Assembly: GCA_051294375.1 (NCBI GenBank) | Contig: CM119264.1 | Coordinates: 14,906,682-14,970,681, forward strand | Length of the DNA stretch: 64,000 nucleotides | Reading direction: 5' to 3' | Source: Paraspadella gotoi | Taxonomy: Eukaryota > Animalia > Chaetognatha | Shown here: piece by piece, positions 42,325 to 57,600 of the stretch | Position numbering within the stretch: the first letter of the stretch is position 1 | Layout: each line of letters starts with the position of its first letter | Translations under genes and position numbers: made by a program | Notes under the pieces: generated by a model | Database searches by the model: none | Seen by the model: only the letters and a program-made list of their open reading frames with translations | Told to the model about the DNA's origin: nothing

Positions 42325-43060
42325 ATGACAAAGTATAAACTAAACACGAGATCGTCAACCGTTAGTCGAGCCAAAGAATATCATGGCAACCACAGCATTA
42401 ACAACAGTAACAGTTACTATTACAACAACAGTAACAACAGCTCAGCTCAAGTGGGCTACACCATAATTCACAACGGTAAATCCGGAGAACTCTTGGTCAG
42501 GTAAAACATGAGTATTTGAAATCGAATCTATTAAGTTTCAATTTGAATCGCTCTTAATTATTCAATGCCGTAAAGAATGTAAAGTCGCGAACAATTTTTA
42601 ATGGGTAGTTAAAAAATTAATAAATACTTTTAAATTCGTCGTTGAACATTTTTAAGGAAGAAAATTTTTTAGTCAAACAAACGTAATCGGCGTCAAATTA
42701 TAGTTGTTAGTTTTTATTTCTTTTTCATCCTTTTTTGTTGTCAAAAGAAGATTTAAAAAAAAAAATCATTTCACGACCTGTACACGACAGATGCTGCGGC
42801 AACAGGTCCTTCCGTCTGGTCTCGCCTGTGTTGACGACCCACTCGAGGTCCCCCCCCGGGGGCTTCGTCGACACCGAAGAGAACGCCGCCATCTACGTCA
42901 GCGTCGTCATCTTCTTTTACGGTCTCGCCGTTGTCTCTCTTATCGGACTTAACATGAAGAGCACCGAGAACCAGAGGAGGCAACGGGGAGAGCATAAGGT
43001 GGAAACCGAGCCTGTCTCTCTCGTCTCTCTCTCTCTTCTCTCATCTCATCTCCTCTCTCT

Positions 43061-43102
<42 letters not shown>

Positions 43103-44436
43103 TAATCGCATTAAAAAGCGAATTTTACCAGATGGATTGTAAAAATAACAGTTCTATTAATTATTTTCCTTTTTTTAGATTTTTGACCTCGTGTAGTTTC
43201 TCTCTTTTTGTATTTCGAATAAAAAACGAATAGTTTTTAGGCTTCTACAACGATTCTGCGTTTTATTTCTTATTAAAAACAAATAATCGTTGTTGAAGCC
43301 AAAAAACGTTTCGTTTTTTATTCCAAATATTTTTTTTTTTACTGAAAATTACAAAAAAAAATTATTTTAAACATAAACAAAAAAACTCAAACTTTCAGGA
43401 GGACGCCGTCTACGAAGAATATCTCCGCTTCAAGAAAGAAGCTGACAAGGAGATGGAGAAGGAAGCCAAACGGAAACAGAAAAGATCCGTCGCGGAAAAA
43501 CTGGAGAACATCTACGGAAATTCCGCCAGCGCTTCCATCATCAACTCCCCGGAACGGAAGGTGAGGGCGTCGGTGGGCGGAGTCTGTGTGGGCGGCGTCG
43601 GAAGCGGGTTCGGCAGCGTCGGCGGCGTCGCTTGGGGACAAGAAACCATCGTGGAAGAAGTGAATCATTGGCAAAACATACGCGAGAAGATGCTGGGACC
43701 CAAGAGGGAGACTTTGGAGGGAGATGGTGCTGCAGCCCCGGCGGCGTCGCTGGATGTGGCGGCGGTGGCGGAGAAGCTGCAGCAACTGCAACAAAGCGAC
43801 GCGGACAGAGCGGAATGCAGGAGGGGACTGAGAAGCAGACAGGAGTCGCTAGGTGCGGTCAATACANNNNNNNNNNAGAGAGAGAGATAAATTAGAAAAT
43901 TATTAGTACTACAAAATAATGATAATAATTCTAATTATTATGATAATAATAATGATAATAATCTTTTAATTATGTATGCCGCCCGGAATTGTTATTTTGT
44001 TCCAGATTTCGGGCCTCCGAACCTCTTAGCAAGGTCTTCTCCCCTGTTGATGATTCCCAGTGAGTCCACTTAATTGATAAACACCATAAATACTATAAGC
44101 GATATTTCACCGCTTTTTCTTATGCTTTATGAGGAAACTTGCCATTCTGTCCTTTATCAAGAATTTTCGATTCCCCCCCCCATCTTCACACCTTTTCCAT
44201 CTTCCTTCCCATCAAAGTCGGATCGTCTTCCTCCTTCGGCACTCTCCGCCACAGCCCCATAAACCCCCTCAACCCTCTGACTCCCTTCGCGCGCCTCTAT
44301 CGGCGCGGCCTCGACTCTAGCGCATCTTCCTTCGTGGCGCCGGGCGCCGCCTCCGTTGGCGCGTCAATCGGCGCCAGCCGGTGAGTTGAAAACGGGTGAT
44401 AATGGGAATGCAAAAATATGACAAGGAAAGGAGAGA

Positions 44437-44519
<83 letters not shown>

Positions 44520-45977
44520 GAGAAGAGAAGAGCAGAAGAGAGACAATCGTCATTCGTATTCTTTAATCGTTTATATCAACGTATTCGGTCCTTGCGGCGA
44601 CAGCCGGTCTTCCCTGCGCGCCAGTCGCTTGTCATTCGCATCCTCCGGCGGCGCCGTTTACACACGGCGTTCCTCCTTGCTTGGCGACGCCGCTCCATGG
44701 TCGTCAACGCCACTGCCGACGCAAGGCGGGCGGCGTCATTCTCACACAAACCCGCGGGAACTGCGATCGGCGCTTAAGAATTCTTCACGAAAAATGTCGC
44801 TCGACGCTTTGGGTCCGAGGTGCTTTTCGGGGAAGAGAGTTGGTTCATCTTCTGAGTCTAAATTTTAGTTGAAAGATAAAAAAAAAAAAAAAAAAGATAA
44901 AAAAAAAGCTCAACGCTGGTGCACCACATCCCCTCACATTTCAGGGTTCCTCCCGCGAGTTTCGGAGGCAGCGGCGGGGTGGGCGGCGGCGGCAGCGGCG
45001 CTGCCTTGAGAACGAGTCCCCTTTTTGACGAAAGAAGCGTCGCGAAATCTTTACGATTCGCCGACGAATCTGCACACCGCGACGCAACGTTTCGTCCGCT
45101 AAGAGAAGAGAAGAGTCCCGCAAGTAGGTCGCCGTGAGGCCGAAAATGGAAAATTCGCGCCCGTGCTAATTGTCAGCGATCCTCTTTCTCCGCAGGAAGA
45201 CCAACTTTCCTTGAGGCGGAAGAGTTAAAAGCTTTGCGACTCAACTCTGTCAACTCTACCGCGACATCTGGAGAAATGAGGCGCCAGTCCTTTCGGGTTC
45301 TCGCTGTTGTTATTTTGGAAACGATGATCCTCGCGGCAGATATTCGAATATTGATCCTTCCGACGTTTTCCAGAATCGTCGCGCCGACGCACGCCTCGCG
45401 GAAACGTCCTTCAATGACCACGCTTCCTCGAAGCCCTCGACGGCGGACGACAGTTTCGAGACTCCGCCGTCGTCGTCCTCCTCCTCTTCCTCCTCCTTGA
45501 AGAAGACCTTCGAGGACACCGACTCCGCCTCGCCCACCGAGGAGACCAACTTGATTAAGAGCACCGAGTCCGTGCTGCAAAGCTCCGATCAGTCGCAGGC
45601 GGTCGCGATTTTGATGCCGCAAGAATCCGCCCAAACCGACGTGCGCGGGACGTGGACGTTGCCAGTATTTGAGACGAAGGCGCGCGGCGCTGCAAAGGAC
45701 GATGATGACGACGAGGAATACGACGTCGTCGGAGAGGAAATTAGAAAACCGTCACAACGAATCGATAAGCTTATACTTTCGGCCAATAGAACGCGCTGCG
45801 ACAAAGTCAGAGGGGTTCGTCGTCCTTAATGTTTTAATTTTTTCATGTGAAATTTTAATTAAATATTTTTATTTGTAGTTCATCTCGACTCCTGCCATCA
45901 GGATTAGCTGCGACGGAGACGAGGGAGAGCTCGACGATCGTAGCTCGCCCGTGAGAGTGAGGAGAGTGATTAAATGA
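42325..45977 (+). CDS. Single-pass membrane protein with KCNE/MinK-like TM segment and long low-complexity cytoplasmic tail
   Basis: Exons 42325-42500, 42791-42998, 43399-43852, 44006-44059, 44218-44380, 44604-44819, 44945-45123, 45196-(uncertain donor), 45340-45814, 45879-45977. N-terminal NxS sequons and TM AAIYVSVVIFFYGLAVVSLIGLNM. Start codon and one junction are uncertain. Confidence 0.65.
43210..43330. repeat. Intronic inverted repeat
   Basis: aataaaaaacgaatagtttttaggcttctacaacgatt vs aatcgttgttgaagccaaaaaacgtttcgttttttatt. Confidence 0.75.
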
Positions 45978-46755
45978 ATTTGTGAGTGGAGGAAATGTGA
46001 ATAAAATAATTTAAATATATGTGAATGAATGAATGAATGAATGAATAAAAAATTAAAGAATGAATAAATAAATTAATAAATTCAGGCCAGCAAATCGCAC
46101 GAATCTTTTAAATTATCGAAAGTCTCGAATTGCGTTTCGTCGGAGAAAACGCCAACTTCTTCGGACAAAAACTATTGACGCTTCGCCGAAAGGAAAAACA
46201 TTCCATACATAAACTAATAAGATAATAATGAACAATATTAGCAAACCGGAAATGTCTTTTTCCGAAAATATATGTTACAATCCCTTAGCGTTCCTCGCCA
46301 GGTTGTAAAAAAATTTACGAGCGCAAATGTAGAGCATTTGTCGATTCTACACGCGCGTGGATTTGTGAGTTACGCGTGACGCGTGCTCCGAAAGTAGGGC
46401 TTCCCTTTTGACCTTTTTAGAAGCACGACTCGCTTGGGTTTTAAAGCGTTTGTTGGCTTGGGGACACCAACAAAAAACGCAAGCAGAGAAGAGAAAAGAG
46501 ATACATATATTTATATATACATATATATATATTTTTTAGAACTGAGAAGTTTAAGGAATATCGAATATAAAGTTGTTTGGTTTACTTTTTTGAAAGTGTT
46601 TGACGCTTTTTTGTGGCGAACGCGTAAAACTTTTTTACTCTCGTTTTTGTTCTTTATTAAAGCATGAAATTGTATGGTTGTGCATTGTGCTAATGAAATT
46701 GGCTAATTTAACTTATGTTACTAAAATTGCTCGCTCTCTCTCTCTCTCTTCTCTT

Positions 46756-46789
<34 letters not shown>

Positions 46790-46808
<19 letters not shown>

Positions 46809-48290
46809 CTCCCTCTCTCTCTCTTCTCTCTCTCTTAGCCTTTTTAGTCGTATTGTTATGTTCGTATATGTTGGCTGTTGTGTTTTGTTGTTTAAATTAC
46901 TAGATAATTTGTATTTAGTAAGTCAGTATCCGTCTTGAAACGTCGATCATCTGTGGTTATTTAAAAAATGTTTGGATATTGAATAAATATATATAGATAT
47001 CAATTCTACTTGTTTATTTTGTTAAGCCAGGAGTTAAATAAAACTAGCGCTAGAGTTTCTGCCCCAGCTAAAAACGCTCCGTGCTAAATTTTGCCTCAAC
47101 AATGTATATGAAATTTCGTTCAAGCAAGGCAACGAACGGAAAACTTTCCAATTCACAAACATCGTACGACTTTATAATTTATTCGCTTTAGAGTTTTGTG
47201 AATAGGCAGATCAGCCTTGATTAGACATTCGATTAATTTAAGTGGACTTAACGTTATTTTCCATTCCGTTCACTGCAATTTTAGCGTTTTACCGATAAAT
47301 GTTTCTGCTTTTAGCCGATACTCGTACAACTTTCAAAAAAAAAATGTGTGTGCTCACTTGTTCATAATTTTTTTCTAAACTTCGGCTTATAATCGACTTA
47401 CTCTCTCTATCGTCATTTTAAAAACTAGGGTTAGGATGTCCTTTTGTTTTCTCTCGGAAAACAACATGAACCACTCCCAGCGTTCTTAAGGATGAAGCTT
47501 TGAGACTTAATTTCTAAAAAGGCGGACAAGTGATCTCATGCTTAAATAAATTTTAAAGTCCCATATCTATAAGAACCAAAAAAATTTAAAATATAAAAAA
47601 AACTTGAATAGAAAATTTGGTCGGAATTAGTTTGCTCCTTAATTCAAAATATAAATAAAAAGAAAACTGGACCCAAATTTTTAGAATTTAATACTTCTCC
47701 ATTCTCTACGTACGATTCAGGAGGCTTTAAAAAATCATGCCGCGGGAATTAAAGAATTCAGTCGGGGGAAAAAAAATTTTTTCTTCCTTCGGACTAAATC
47801 GTGATTTGTCTTCCGACCAGGGGCGGGAAGGAAGGGGAATTATGATCTCTCTAAGGGTGCCGACAGACAGGCGACGGCGCCGCACGGGCGACGGAATTTC
47901 TGATCCGATAATTCGTTTCAGCAATTCGCCAAACGGAATTTCAACGAATGTGTTTGACAAAAGTTTCGGATTTCGTTTTCCCCGGGCGATGAGTTTTAGC
48001 GAATTCGTTCCGGTCCGTTAAAAAAAATCTATAAATCATAAATCATAAAAAAAAAATCATTCCTTCCGTATGCCTTAATTTAAGAATTGTCTCAAAAGAT
48101 TTGTTATTGATTGTTTAAAAAGCAGAGAAGAAGTTGAGAAAGTGTAAAGATTCATTTAAGAGTTAGAAATTCAAGGGAAAAATAAAGGCGACATTAACTG
48201 ATGAGTAACCGATGAAAGATTCACTTAATATACCAATCAATCAATCATCAATCATCTATCAATCAATTTTGATAATCATGCCTCGAATTT

Positions 48291-48375
<85 letters not shown>

Positions 48376-51300
48376 TTTCTCCTCTCGCGCTCTGTAAATC
48401 TCCTTCTCCACGTTTCTATAGGGATGCTCCGAGAGCCGGTTTTAACATGGCACGTAACCAAAAAGGCAACTCTAGGCTAAACTAATGGTCACGTAGATGC
48501 CAAAAATTTGACGTGGAGAGAACGTCTCACCTCTAACTTTTCTCTCTGTCTCGCAGTTCGTATTCGTTTTCGCAAAATTGCATTTGGGGCGTCTTGTTGT
48601 TTTAAGACCGAGTTCAATGTTTATGCTAAGCAGTACAAAACGAGCAGAAGACTTCAATTTGGCTTCATCACGAAGGAAAAAAATAAAATGAGACAGACGG
48701 CTGGAGAGAGAGAGAGAAGAGCAGAGGAGGAGAGAAGGAGAGAGAGAGAGACGAGAGAGAGAGAGAAGAGAGATGAGAGGAGAGAAGAGAGAGAGGAGGC
48801 AGAGAATAAAGGATAATCAGGTTCCACTTTTGATCGCCGAAGAAAAACAAAACATCGAAGAGGAAATAAATTAGTCATGCAACGAACGGAAAGCGATAAG
48901 GGGGATTAGGAGAGAGTTGAGAGAGAGAGCATGAAGGGAGACGAAGGAGAGAAAATATAGAGAAAGAAAAGAATAAAGATAGAAGACAAATAGCCAGCAA
49001 ACAAAAGTAAAAAGAGGAAAGAAGAAAGGTCGTCACCTGAGGGAGTACTGAAAGAAAGAAGAGAAACGAGAGAAACAGAAGAGGAAAAGAGTCGGCGGTT
49101 TCTCTAATATTTTCCAAGGGGTGATGGCACTAGGCGTCTCACGGATCACATCGTTTGTCATAGAGTCACAACGAACTGACGACAACACGTACGGTGCGAA
49201 GGAAACGAAGTCATCGCCTAAAGTTTTTGGCGGCGAAATTCCAAGTTAGCCCATTAGTCACGGGACGGCGTCTCGGCGTTCCCAAGGGAAAGTGCCAGAC
49301 GAGAGCAGTTATCGTCGTCGTCTTCGTTGTCGTATGATCTCGTCGCCTACGTCGTGTATCCGTCGTGCTGCTTTGTTCGTTATCGTCGGCGTCGGCCTCG
49401 AGAGCATCGCCGTCGTCGCCATCTTTTTCTCGCTATCATTATCATCGTATAACTTAGAATTTCTATTGCCCTTCTTTCGGAACTCGCTTCGTACATGATC
49501 ACTTGTCAGGCCTGTGAAATCTAAGATCGCCTTCAATACGTATTTCTTAATCCCAATAGTATCCCCAAGTTTCTGAGTGTTGTTTCTGTTCTGTAGTTGT
49601 CCGTCCAAGGGTTGATGGAGACGCTGGTCGTCGTCGTTCCCTTTCTCGTTAGTGTCGTAATTGGTGTCATCCTCCCAACAAAGTCGCAATTCAAGTTTTG
49701 GCAACCAATCAACAGTTCGTAATCAGACTTCTTCATTGTAGTCCTTCTTTCTCGGGCTTATTGTGAAAGAGTCGTCGTTGCTTCTTTTCATTAAGCGTCC
49801 GTCGTCGTCCGTCGTCGTTGCGACGAATATTCGTCCGAGTTCTTTATCATCGTCGTCGTTCGTCGTCGCAATCGGCACAATACTCTTCTCCATACGAAAA
49901 ACATCATATCGTTTCCTTTTAGCTTTTTTTCCGTTTTGGTAAACAGTTTTATCGTTCCTTTATTTTTTTATCTATCTTTCATTTTTTTTTCTCTCTCTAA
50001 ATGTAATTTAGGCATCGTCAAATTGTATTCGCCGAAGCCATAAAAGTTTAATATCGTTTCTTTCATGAGATTTACATTGACATGTTAAAGATTGGAGCTC
50101 ATTTAGAAACCGTGCCCGAGAGAACGACGTCACGGACCCAAAGACTTAGTAGTGGCCTCCAATACGGTAAGAATATGAAGTTGGAAGAGAAAATTTAAAA
50201 AAATAATATTGAAGAATTTAATTCTCTAATACAGACGCCAGAATGAAAATGGAAAGAAAATGAAAATAAAACACCTATTTCTACCCATATAATTAATATA
50301 TATTTATGTCTCAACCTCGAAACACGAAGATAAAAAGAAAAATAGCAGAAATTTTTCCCTTTTTTCCCCTCTAGACGTAATAAATATTTAAAGATACCTT
50401 CCACCTTGTTTTACTCCTAGACGACACAAATTTTCTCTACTTTGTAAAGTTCAGGATGTTTTTTTATATTTTCATTACTATTGACGCCGTTTCCCGGGGT
50501 TAAGCTCGAACTCAAACCAGGATATACGCGACGCGAGCAAATTTTCAGTATCTTTTCTATCCAACTTGAGGGTCCATGTTCCAGAAGTTTAGCAAACATT
50601 TTTTCATTGCTTTTTCTTTCTTAACTTATAGCACGCAAAGAATGTTTCTATTTCGAATACTGTTTTCGCATTTTTATCCACAGACATTCTAAACAATTTC
50701 TAGTAGTAACTTTAGAAATTAAAATCAGTAAGAAAAAACACTCAACTCCTCTGCGCAAGACTTTATTTCTTTTACATGTGAAAATCCTACTCTGGCTTCT
50801 TCTTAAGCCGAATGTTAAATAGTAAATTGTTGTTCACATTTATTCTCGTCGACTCTCCTACTCAAGTAAGAGATTTGGACAAGAGATGCCCCTCTCTTAG
50901 TTGACACCATCGCGTTCATCTTGTCATTAATCCGTTCTCTCTGATTCATTCTGGCATGCTCGCCTTACTCTCCGTCTCCTTATGAACTTTCTCAGCGAGC
51001 TTCGAAAATATAAAGAAGATTCTCTTCGCCGCCAACTACTCTTTGAGAAGAAAAAAAAACCTCTGCTGTTTCAAATCCCATTAGATTTTCATTATTTCTC
51101 CGACTCTTGGGAGGGTGCATGAGGAGGACAGTGGGGGAAAGAGCGAGCAGGAGGAGGACTCAGAGGAGGAAAGAAAAAAGAAAGAGGAGTGGACAAGAAA
51201 AAGAAAGAGGAGAACTCTCTCTCTTGTCTCGACTCTTGACTCCCGTCAGGCAGAGTACGCTGGGAGGATTTTCTCGGGGAGAAGGGCGGACGAGCTCTCC

Positions 51301-53773
51301 GGGACGACGACGACGTGCGACTTCGAAGACAATAAACGACGATAGCGACCATGAAACGAATGACGGACGAGTATGACGACGAATAAATGTCGAACTAAGA
51401 AGACTTTGCTTCGAAGTGTCGAGAGTCTCTTATGGTTTGGGGATTTTCTTGCCTCTTATTCCGATTAACATGTGCCGACAAAGGACTTTCTCGCTCTCGC
51501 TTTTTTTTAAATCAAGATGTTTATTTATTTATTCTTTTTTTGCGCGAGGCTGACGATTGACGACGACGACGCTGACGACGACGAATCATTGAATAAGGAA
51601 AGCATATGACATAACGATAGGCTAATCCTAAAGAGATTGTCAAGATTTCCAGTACCTCAAGTATTAAGTCATGCCGAAAAATAAAAAAAATAAATTAGCC
51701 CTTAGACGTATTGTTCAATGAATATTTAATAAAGTATAATGACCGACTGACTTATTTTTTTGCTGGAATTCGTTAATTCATTCATTTAGAAATAGTAGTA
51801 TTCTGATATATTTTAATTATTACTAATTGAATGAAATTTAAATTAATTCAATTATATTTATATGTAGTATTTCTCTACTGTTTTCAATAGTTTTCTTTTT
51901 ACCAAAAAATCACTTATTTGCTGTCAGTTTTTTTATTATTTTTATTTTATTTTTATCGGTTTTCGTTTAAATACGAACAGTGTCGAACAGGTGCTCAATT
52001 GTTTTAATGTTTTTGTTTGTTACTTAACCGCTAAAAGTGTGGATTGTATATCTCGCAGCTGCGGCTCGTCGAGAATCTATCAGTTAATACATTCGATGTC
52101 GTTTCCATGCAACAAGGTGTTGTGATCTCAATGTTACTTCAAACGCAGACTTCGCTGCGCGTTTGTTTCTCGTACGCCAGATGGCGGGCGGAATGTATTA
52201 ATGACGATTACCAACTTTTATTTTGCTCCGTCTTTTCTCTGTTCTCACTGTCTCTCTCTCTCTCTCTCGTCGTCTCTCTATCTCTCTCTCTCTCTCTCTC
52301 GTGCNNNNNNNNNNNNNNNNNNNNNNNNNCTCTCTCTCTCTCTCTCTCTCTTAGCTTTTTAGTCGTATTTGTTATGTTCGTATATGTTGGCTGTTGTGTT
52401 TGTTGTTTAAATTTACTAGATAATTTGTATTTAGTAAGTCAGTGATCCGTCTTGAAACGTCGATCATGTGGTTATTTAAAAAAACTGTTGGATATTGAAA
52501 TAAATATATAGATATCATTCTACTTGTTTATTTGTTAGCCAGGATATAAATAAATACTAGGCTAAGAGTTTGCCCCAGCTAAAACGCTCCGTGCATAAGA
52601 TTTTGCTCAACAATGTATATGAATTTCGTTCAAGCAAGGCAACGAACGGAAAACTCTTCCTTTCACAAACGTACGACTTTAATATTTATTCGCTTTAGAG
52701 TTTTGTGAATAGGCAGATCAGCCTTGATTAGTACATTCGATTAATTTAAGTGGACTTAACGTTTTTTCCATTTCCGTTCACTGCAATTTAGCGTTTTACC
52801 GATAAATGTTTCTTCTTTTGCCGATACTCGTACAACTTTCGAAAAAAAAATGTGTGTGCTCACTTGTTCAAATTTTTTTCTAAACTTCGCTTATAATCGA
52901 CTTACTCTCTCTATCGTCATTTTAAAAACCTAGGGTTAGGATGTCCTTTGTTTTTCCGGAAAACAAATGAACACTACCCAGCGTTTTAAGGATGAGCTTT
53001 GAGACTTAAATTTCTAAAAGCGGACAAGTGATCTTCAGTGTAAATTTTAAAGTCCCTATACTATAGAACCCAAAAAATTTAAAAATAACAAAAAACTTGA
53101 ATAGAAAATTGTGTCGGAATTAGTTTGCATCCTTAATTCCAATAATAAAAAAAAAGAAACTGACCCAAATTTAGAATTTAATACTTTCTCCATTCTCTAC
53201 GTACGATCAAGGCTTTAAAAATCATCGCCGACGGAATTTAAAGAATTCAGTCGGGGGGAAAAAAGAATTTTTTTTCTTTCCTTCGGATTAAATTCGTGAT
53301 TTGTCTTCCGACCATGGGGCGGAAGGGAAGGGGAATTATGATCTCTCTAAGGGGCGAAGACAGCGACGGCGCCACGGGCGACGGATTTCTGATCCGGTAA
53401 TTCGTCACAATTCGCCAAAACTGAATTTCAACGAATGTTTTGACAAAAGGATTTGGTTTCGTTTTCCCCGGGCGATGAGTTTTAGCGAATTCGTTTCGGT
53501 CCGTTAAAAAAAAAAATTATAAATCATAAATCATAAAAAAAAAATCATTCCTTCCGTTGCTTAATTTAGAATTGTCTCAGAAAGATTTTTATTGATTTGN
53601 NNNNNNNNNGAGAAAGAAGTTGAGAAAGTGTGAAAGATTGCATTTAAGAGTAAAATTCAAGGGAAAAAAGGGACATAACTGATTGAGTAACCGATGAAAG
53701 ATTCACTTAATATGACCAATCAATCAATCAATCAATCTATCAATCAATTTGATAATCAATGCCTGAATTTTTA

Positions 53774-53861
<88 letters not shown>

Positions 53862-54194
53862 CTTTTCTCCTCTCGGCTCCTGTAAATCTCCTTCTCCCAT
53901 TTCTATTGGATGCTCGAGAGCGGTTTTAACATGGCACGTAACAAATAAGCAACTCTGGCTAAACTAATGGTCACGTTAGATGCCAAAAATTTGACGTGGA
54001 GAAACGTCTCACTCTAACTTTTCTCTCTGTCTCGCATTCGTATTCGTTTCGCAAATTGCATTGGGGCGTCTTGTTGTTTTAAGACCGAGTCAATGGTTTC
54101 TGCTAAGCAGACAAAACGGCAGAAGATCTTCAATTTGCTTCATCACGAAGGAAAAANNNNNNNNNNNNNNNNNNNNNNNNNTCCTCTCTCTCTC

Positions 54195-54252
<58 letters not shown>

Positions 54253-54597
54253 GCCGTCTGTCTCATTTTATTTTTTTCCTTCGTGATGAAGCAAATTGAA
54301 GATCTTCTGCCGTTTTGTCTGCTTAGCAGAAACCATTGACTCGGTCTAAAACAACAAGACGCCCCAATGCAATTTGCGAAACGAATACGAATGCGAGACA
54401 GAGAGAAAAGTTAGAGTGAGACGTTTCTCCACGTCAAATTTTTGGCATCTAACGTGACCATTAGTTTAGCCAGAGTTGCTTATTTGTTACGTGCCATGTT
54501 AAAACCGCTCTCGAGCATCCAATAGAAATGGGAGAAGGAGATTTACAGAGCCGAGAGGAGAAAAGAGAGGAGAGAGAGAGAGAGAGAGAGAGGAGAG

Positions 54598-54643
<46 letters not shown>

Positions 54644-57600
54644 GAGAAAAAATTCAGGCATTGATTATCAAATTGATTGATAGATATGATTGATTGATTG
54701 GTCATTATTAAGTGAATCTTTCATCGTTACTCAATCAGTTATGTCCCTTTTTTCCCTTGAATTTTACTCTTAAATGCAATCTTTCACACTTTCTTAACTT
54801 CTTTCTCTGCTTTTAAACAAATCATTAAAAATCTTTCTGAGACAATTCTAAATTAAGCAACGGAAGGAATGATTTTTTTTTTATGATTTATGATTTATAA
54901 TTTTTTTTTTAACGGACCGAAACGAATTCGCTAAAACTCATCGCCCGGGAAAAACGAAACCAAATCCTTTGTCAAAACATTCGTTGAAATTCAGTTTTGC
55001 GAATTGTGACGAATTACCGGATCAGAAATCCGTCGCCCGTGCGCCGTCGCTGTCTTCGCCCCTTAGAGAGATCATAATTCCCCTTCCCCTCCGCCCCATG
55101 GTCGGAAGACAAATCACGAATTTATCCGAAGGAAAGAAAAAAAAATTCTTTTTTTCCCCGACTGAATTCTTTAAATTCCGTCGGCGTGATTTTTAAAGCC
55201 TTGCCTGATCGTACGTAGAGAATGGAGAAAGTATTAAATTCTAAATTTGGGTCAGTTTCTTTTTTTTTTATTATTGGAATTAAGGATGCAAACTAATTCC
55301 GACACAATTTTCTATTCAAGTTTTTTGTTATTTTAAATTTTTTTGGTTCTATAGTATAGGGACTTTAAAATTTATTAACACTGAAGATCACTTGTCCGCT
55401 TTTAGAAATTTAAGTCTCAAAGCTCATCCTTAAAACGCTGGGTAGTGTTCATTTGTTTTCCGGAAAAACAAAGGACATCCTAACCCTAGTTTTTAAAATG
55501 ACGATAGAGAGAGTAAGTCGATTATAAGCGAAGTTTCGAAAAAAAATTTGAACAAGTGAGCACACACATTTTTTTTTCGAAAGTTGTACGAGTATCGGCA
55601 AAAGAAGAAACATTTATCGGTAAAACGCTAAATTGCAGTGAACGGAAATGGAAAAAACGTTAAGACACAATGAAAAATGGCCGTAACGTTTTACTGTTCC
55701 GTGCATAAAAAAAATTCACTGTTCATATTATTATATTTCTTTTTATTTTTTTTGAAAACGTTATAGTTTCATATGTCGATATCCAAATATTCAATGCAAA
55801 ATCTTTTTTTGTTTTTTTAGATATGACCGAATATAGGGGTGAAAGATGATAATTTTTTAAAAAAAGTTATTTATTTCATATTTATCCTAGAATTGTAGAG
55901 AGAGAGAGAGGGCAGAGAATAAAAGGGATAATCAGGTTCCACTTTTGATCGCCGAAGAAAAAAAACATCGAAAGAGAAATAAATTAGTCATGCAACGAAC
56001 GGAAAGCGAAAGGGGGATTAGGAGAGAGTGAGAGAGAGAGAGAAGGGGAGACGAAGAGAGAAAATAAAAGAGAAAGAAAGAGATAAAGATAGAAAGACAA
56101 ATAGCAAGAAAAAAAGTAAAAAGAGGAAAGGAAGAAAGGGCGACTGAGGGAGACTGGAAGAAAGAAGAGAAACCGAGAGAAACAGAAAGAGAAAAAGAGT
56201 CGGTCGGTTTCTCTAATATTTCCAAGGGGGATGGCACTAGGCGTCTCGGGGATCACATCGTTGTCATAGAGACGACAACGAAGACGACAACGACGACGGT
56301 TGCGAAGGAAACGAAGTCATTCGTCAAAGTTTTGGCGGCGAAATTCAAGGTTAGCGCCATTAGTCACGGGACGGCGTCTCGGCGTCGCCAAGGGAAAGTG
56401 CGAGGACGAGAGAGTTATCGTCGTCGTCTTCGTTGTCGTATGAGTCGTCGCCTACGTCGTTATCGTCGCTGCTTTGGTCGTTATCGTCGGCGTCGTCCTC
56501 GAGAGCATCGCCGTCGTCGCCATCTTTTCTCTCGCTATCATTATCATCGTTAACTTAGAATTTCTATTGCCCTTCCTTTCGGAAACTCGCTTCGACAGAT
56601 CACTGTCAAGGCCGTGAAATCTAAGACGCCTTNNNNNNNNNNCTGCCAAGGCCGTGAAATCAAAGACGCCTTCAATACGTATTTCTTAATCCCAATAGTA
56701 TCCCAAGGTTCTGGTTGTTGTTTTCGTTGTAGTTGTCCGTCCAAGGGTTGAGGAGACGCGTGGTCGTCGTCGTTCCCTTTCTCGTTAGTGTCGTAATTGT
56801 TGTCATCCTCCCAACAAAGTCGCAATCAAGTTTTTGCAACCGCAACAAAGTCGTAATCAGGGACTTCTTCATTGTAGTCCCTTCTTTCTCGGGCTTAATT
56901 GTGAAAGAGTTCGTCGTTGTTCTTTTCATAAGCGTCCGTCGTCGTCGTCGTCGTTGTCGACGAATTATTCGTCGAGTTCTTTATCATCGTCGTCGTCGTC
57001 GTCGCATCGACAATACTTCTTCTCCATAACGACAAACATCATCATCGTTTCCTTTTAGCTTTTTTTTCCGTTTTGGTAAACAGTTTTATCGTTTTCTTTT
57101 ATTTTTTTTATCTATTTTCTTTTTTTTTCTCTCGTTAAATGTAATTTTAGATCCTAAATTGTATTCGCCGAAAGCCATAAAAGTTTAATATCGTTCTTTC
57201 ATGAGATTTACGTTGACATTAAAGATGGAGCTCATTAGAAACCGTGGCCGAAAACGACGCCACGGACCCAAAGCTTGTGTGGCCTCAAACGTAAGAATAT
57301 GAAGTTGGAAGAGAAAATTTAAAAAAATGAAATTGGAATTTAATTCTCTAAATAGATGCCAGAATGAAAATGGAAGAAAATGAAAATAAAACCCTATTTC
57401 CTACATATAAAATATATATATCTCAACCTCGAAAACGAAGGAAAAAAGAAAATAGCAGAATTTTTCCCTTTTTCCCCCTAGACTAAAAATATTTAAGATC
57501 CTTCCACCTTGTTTACTCCAGACGAAAAATTGTTCTCACTTTGTAAAGTCAGATGTTTTTTTATATTTTATACTATTGACGCCGTTTCGCCGGGTTAAGC

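Noticed and set aside
48196-48225. CTGATGAGTAACCGATGAAAG hammerhead-like string
   Set aside because: No stem II pairing, and the motif is not preserved in the duplicate copies.
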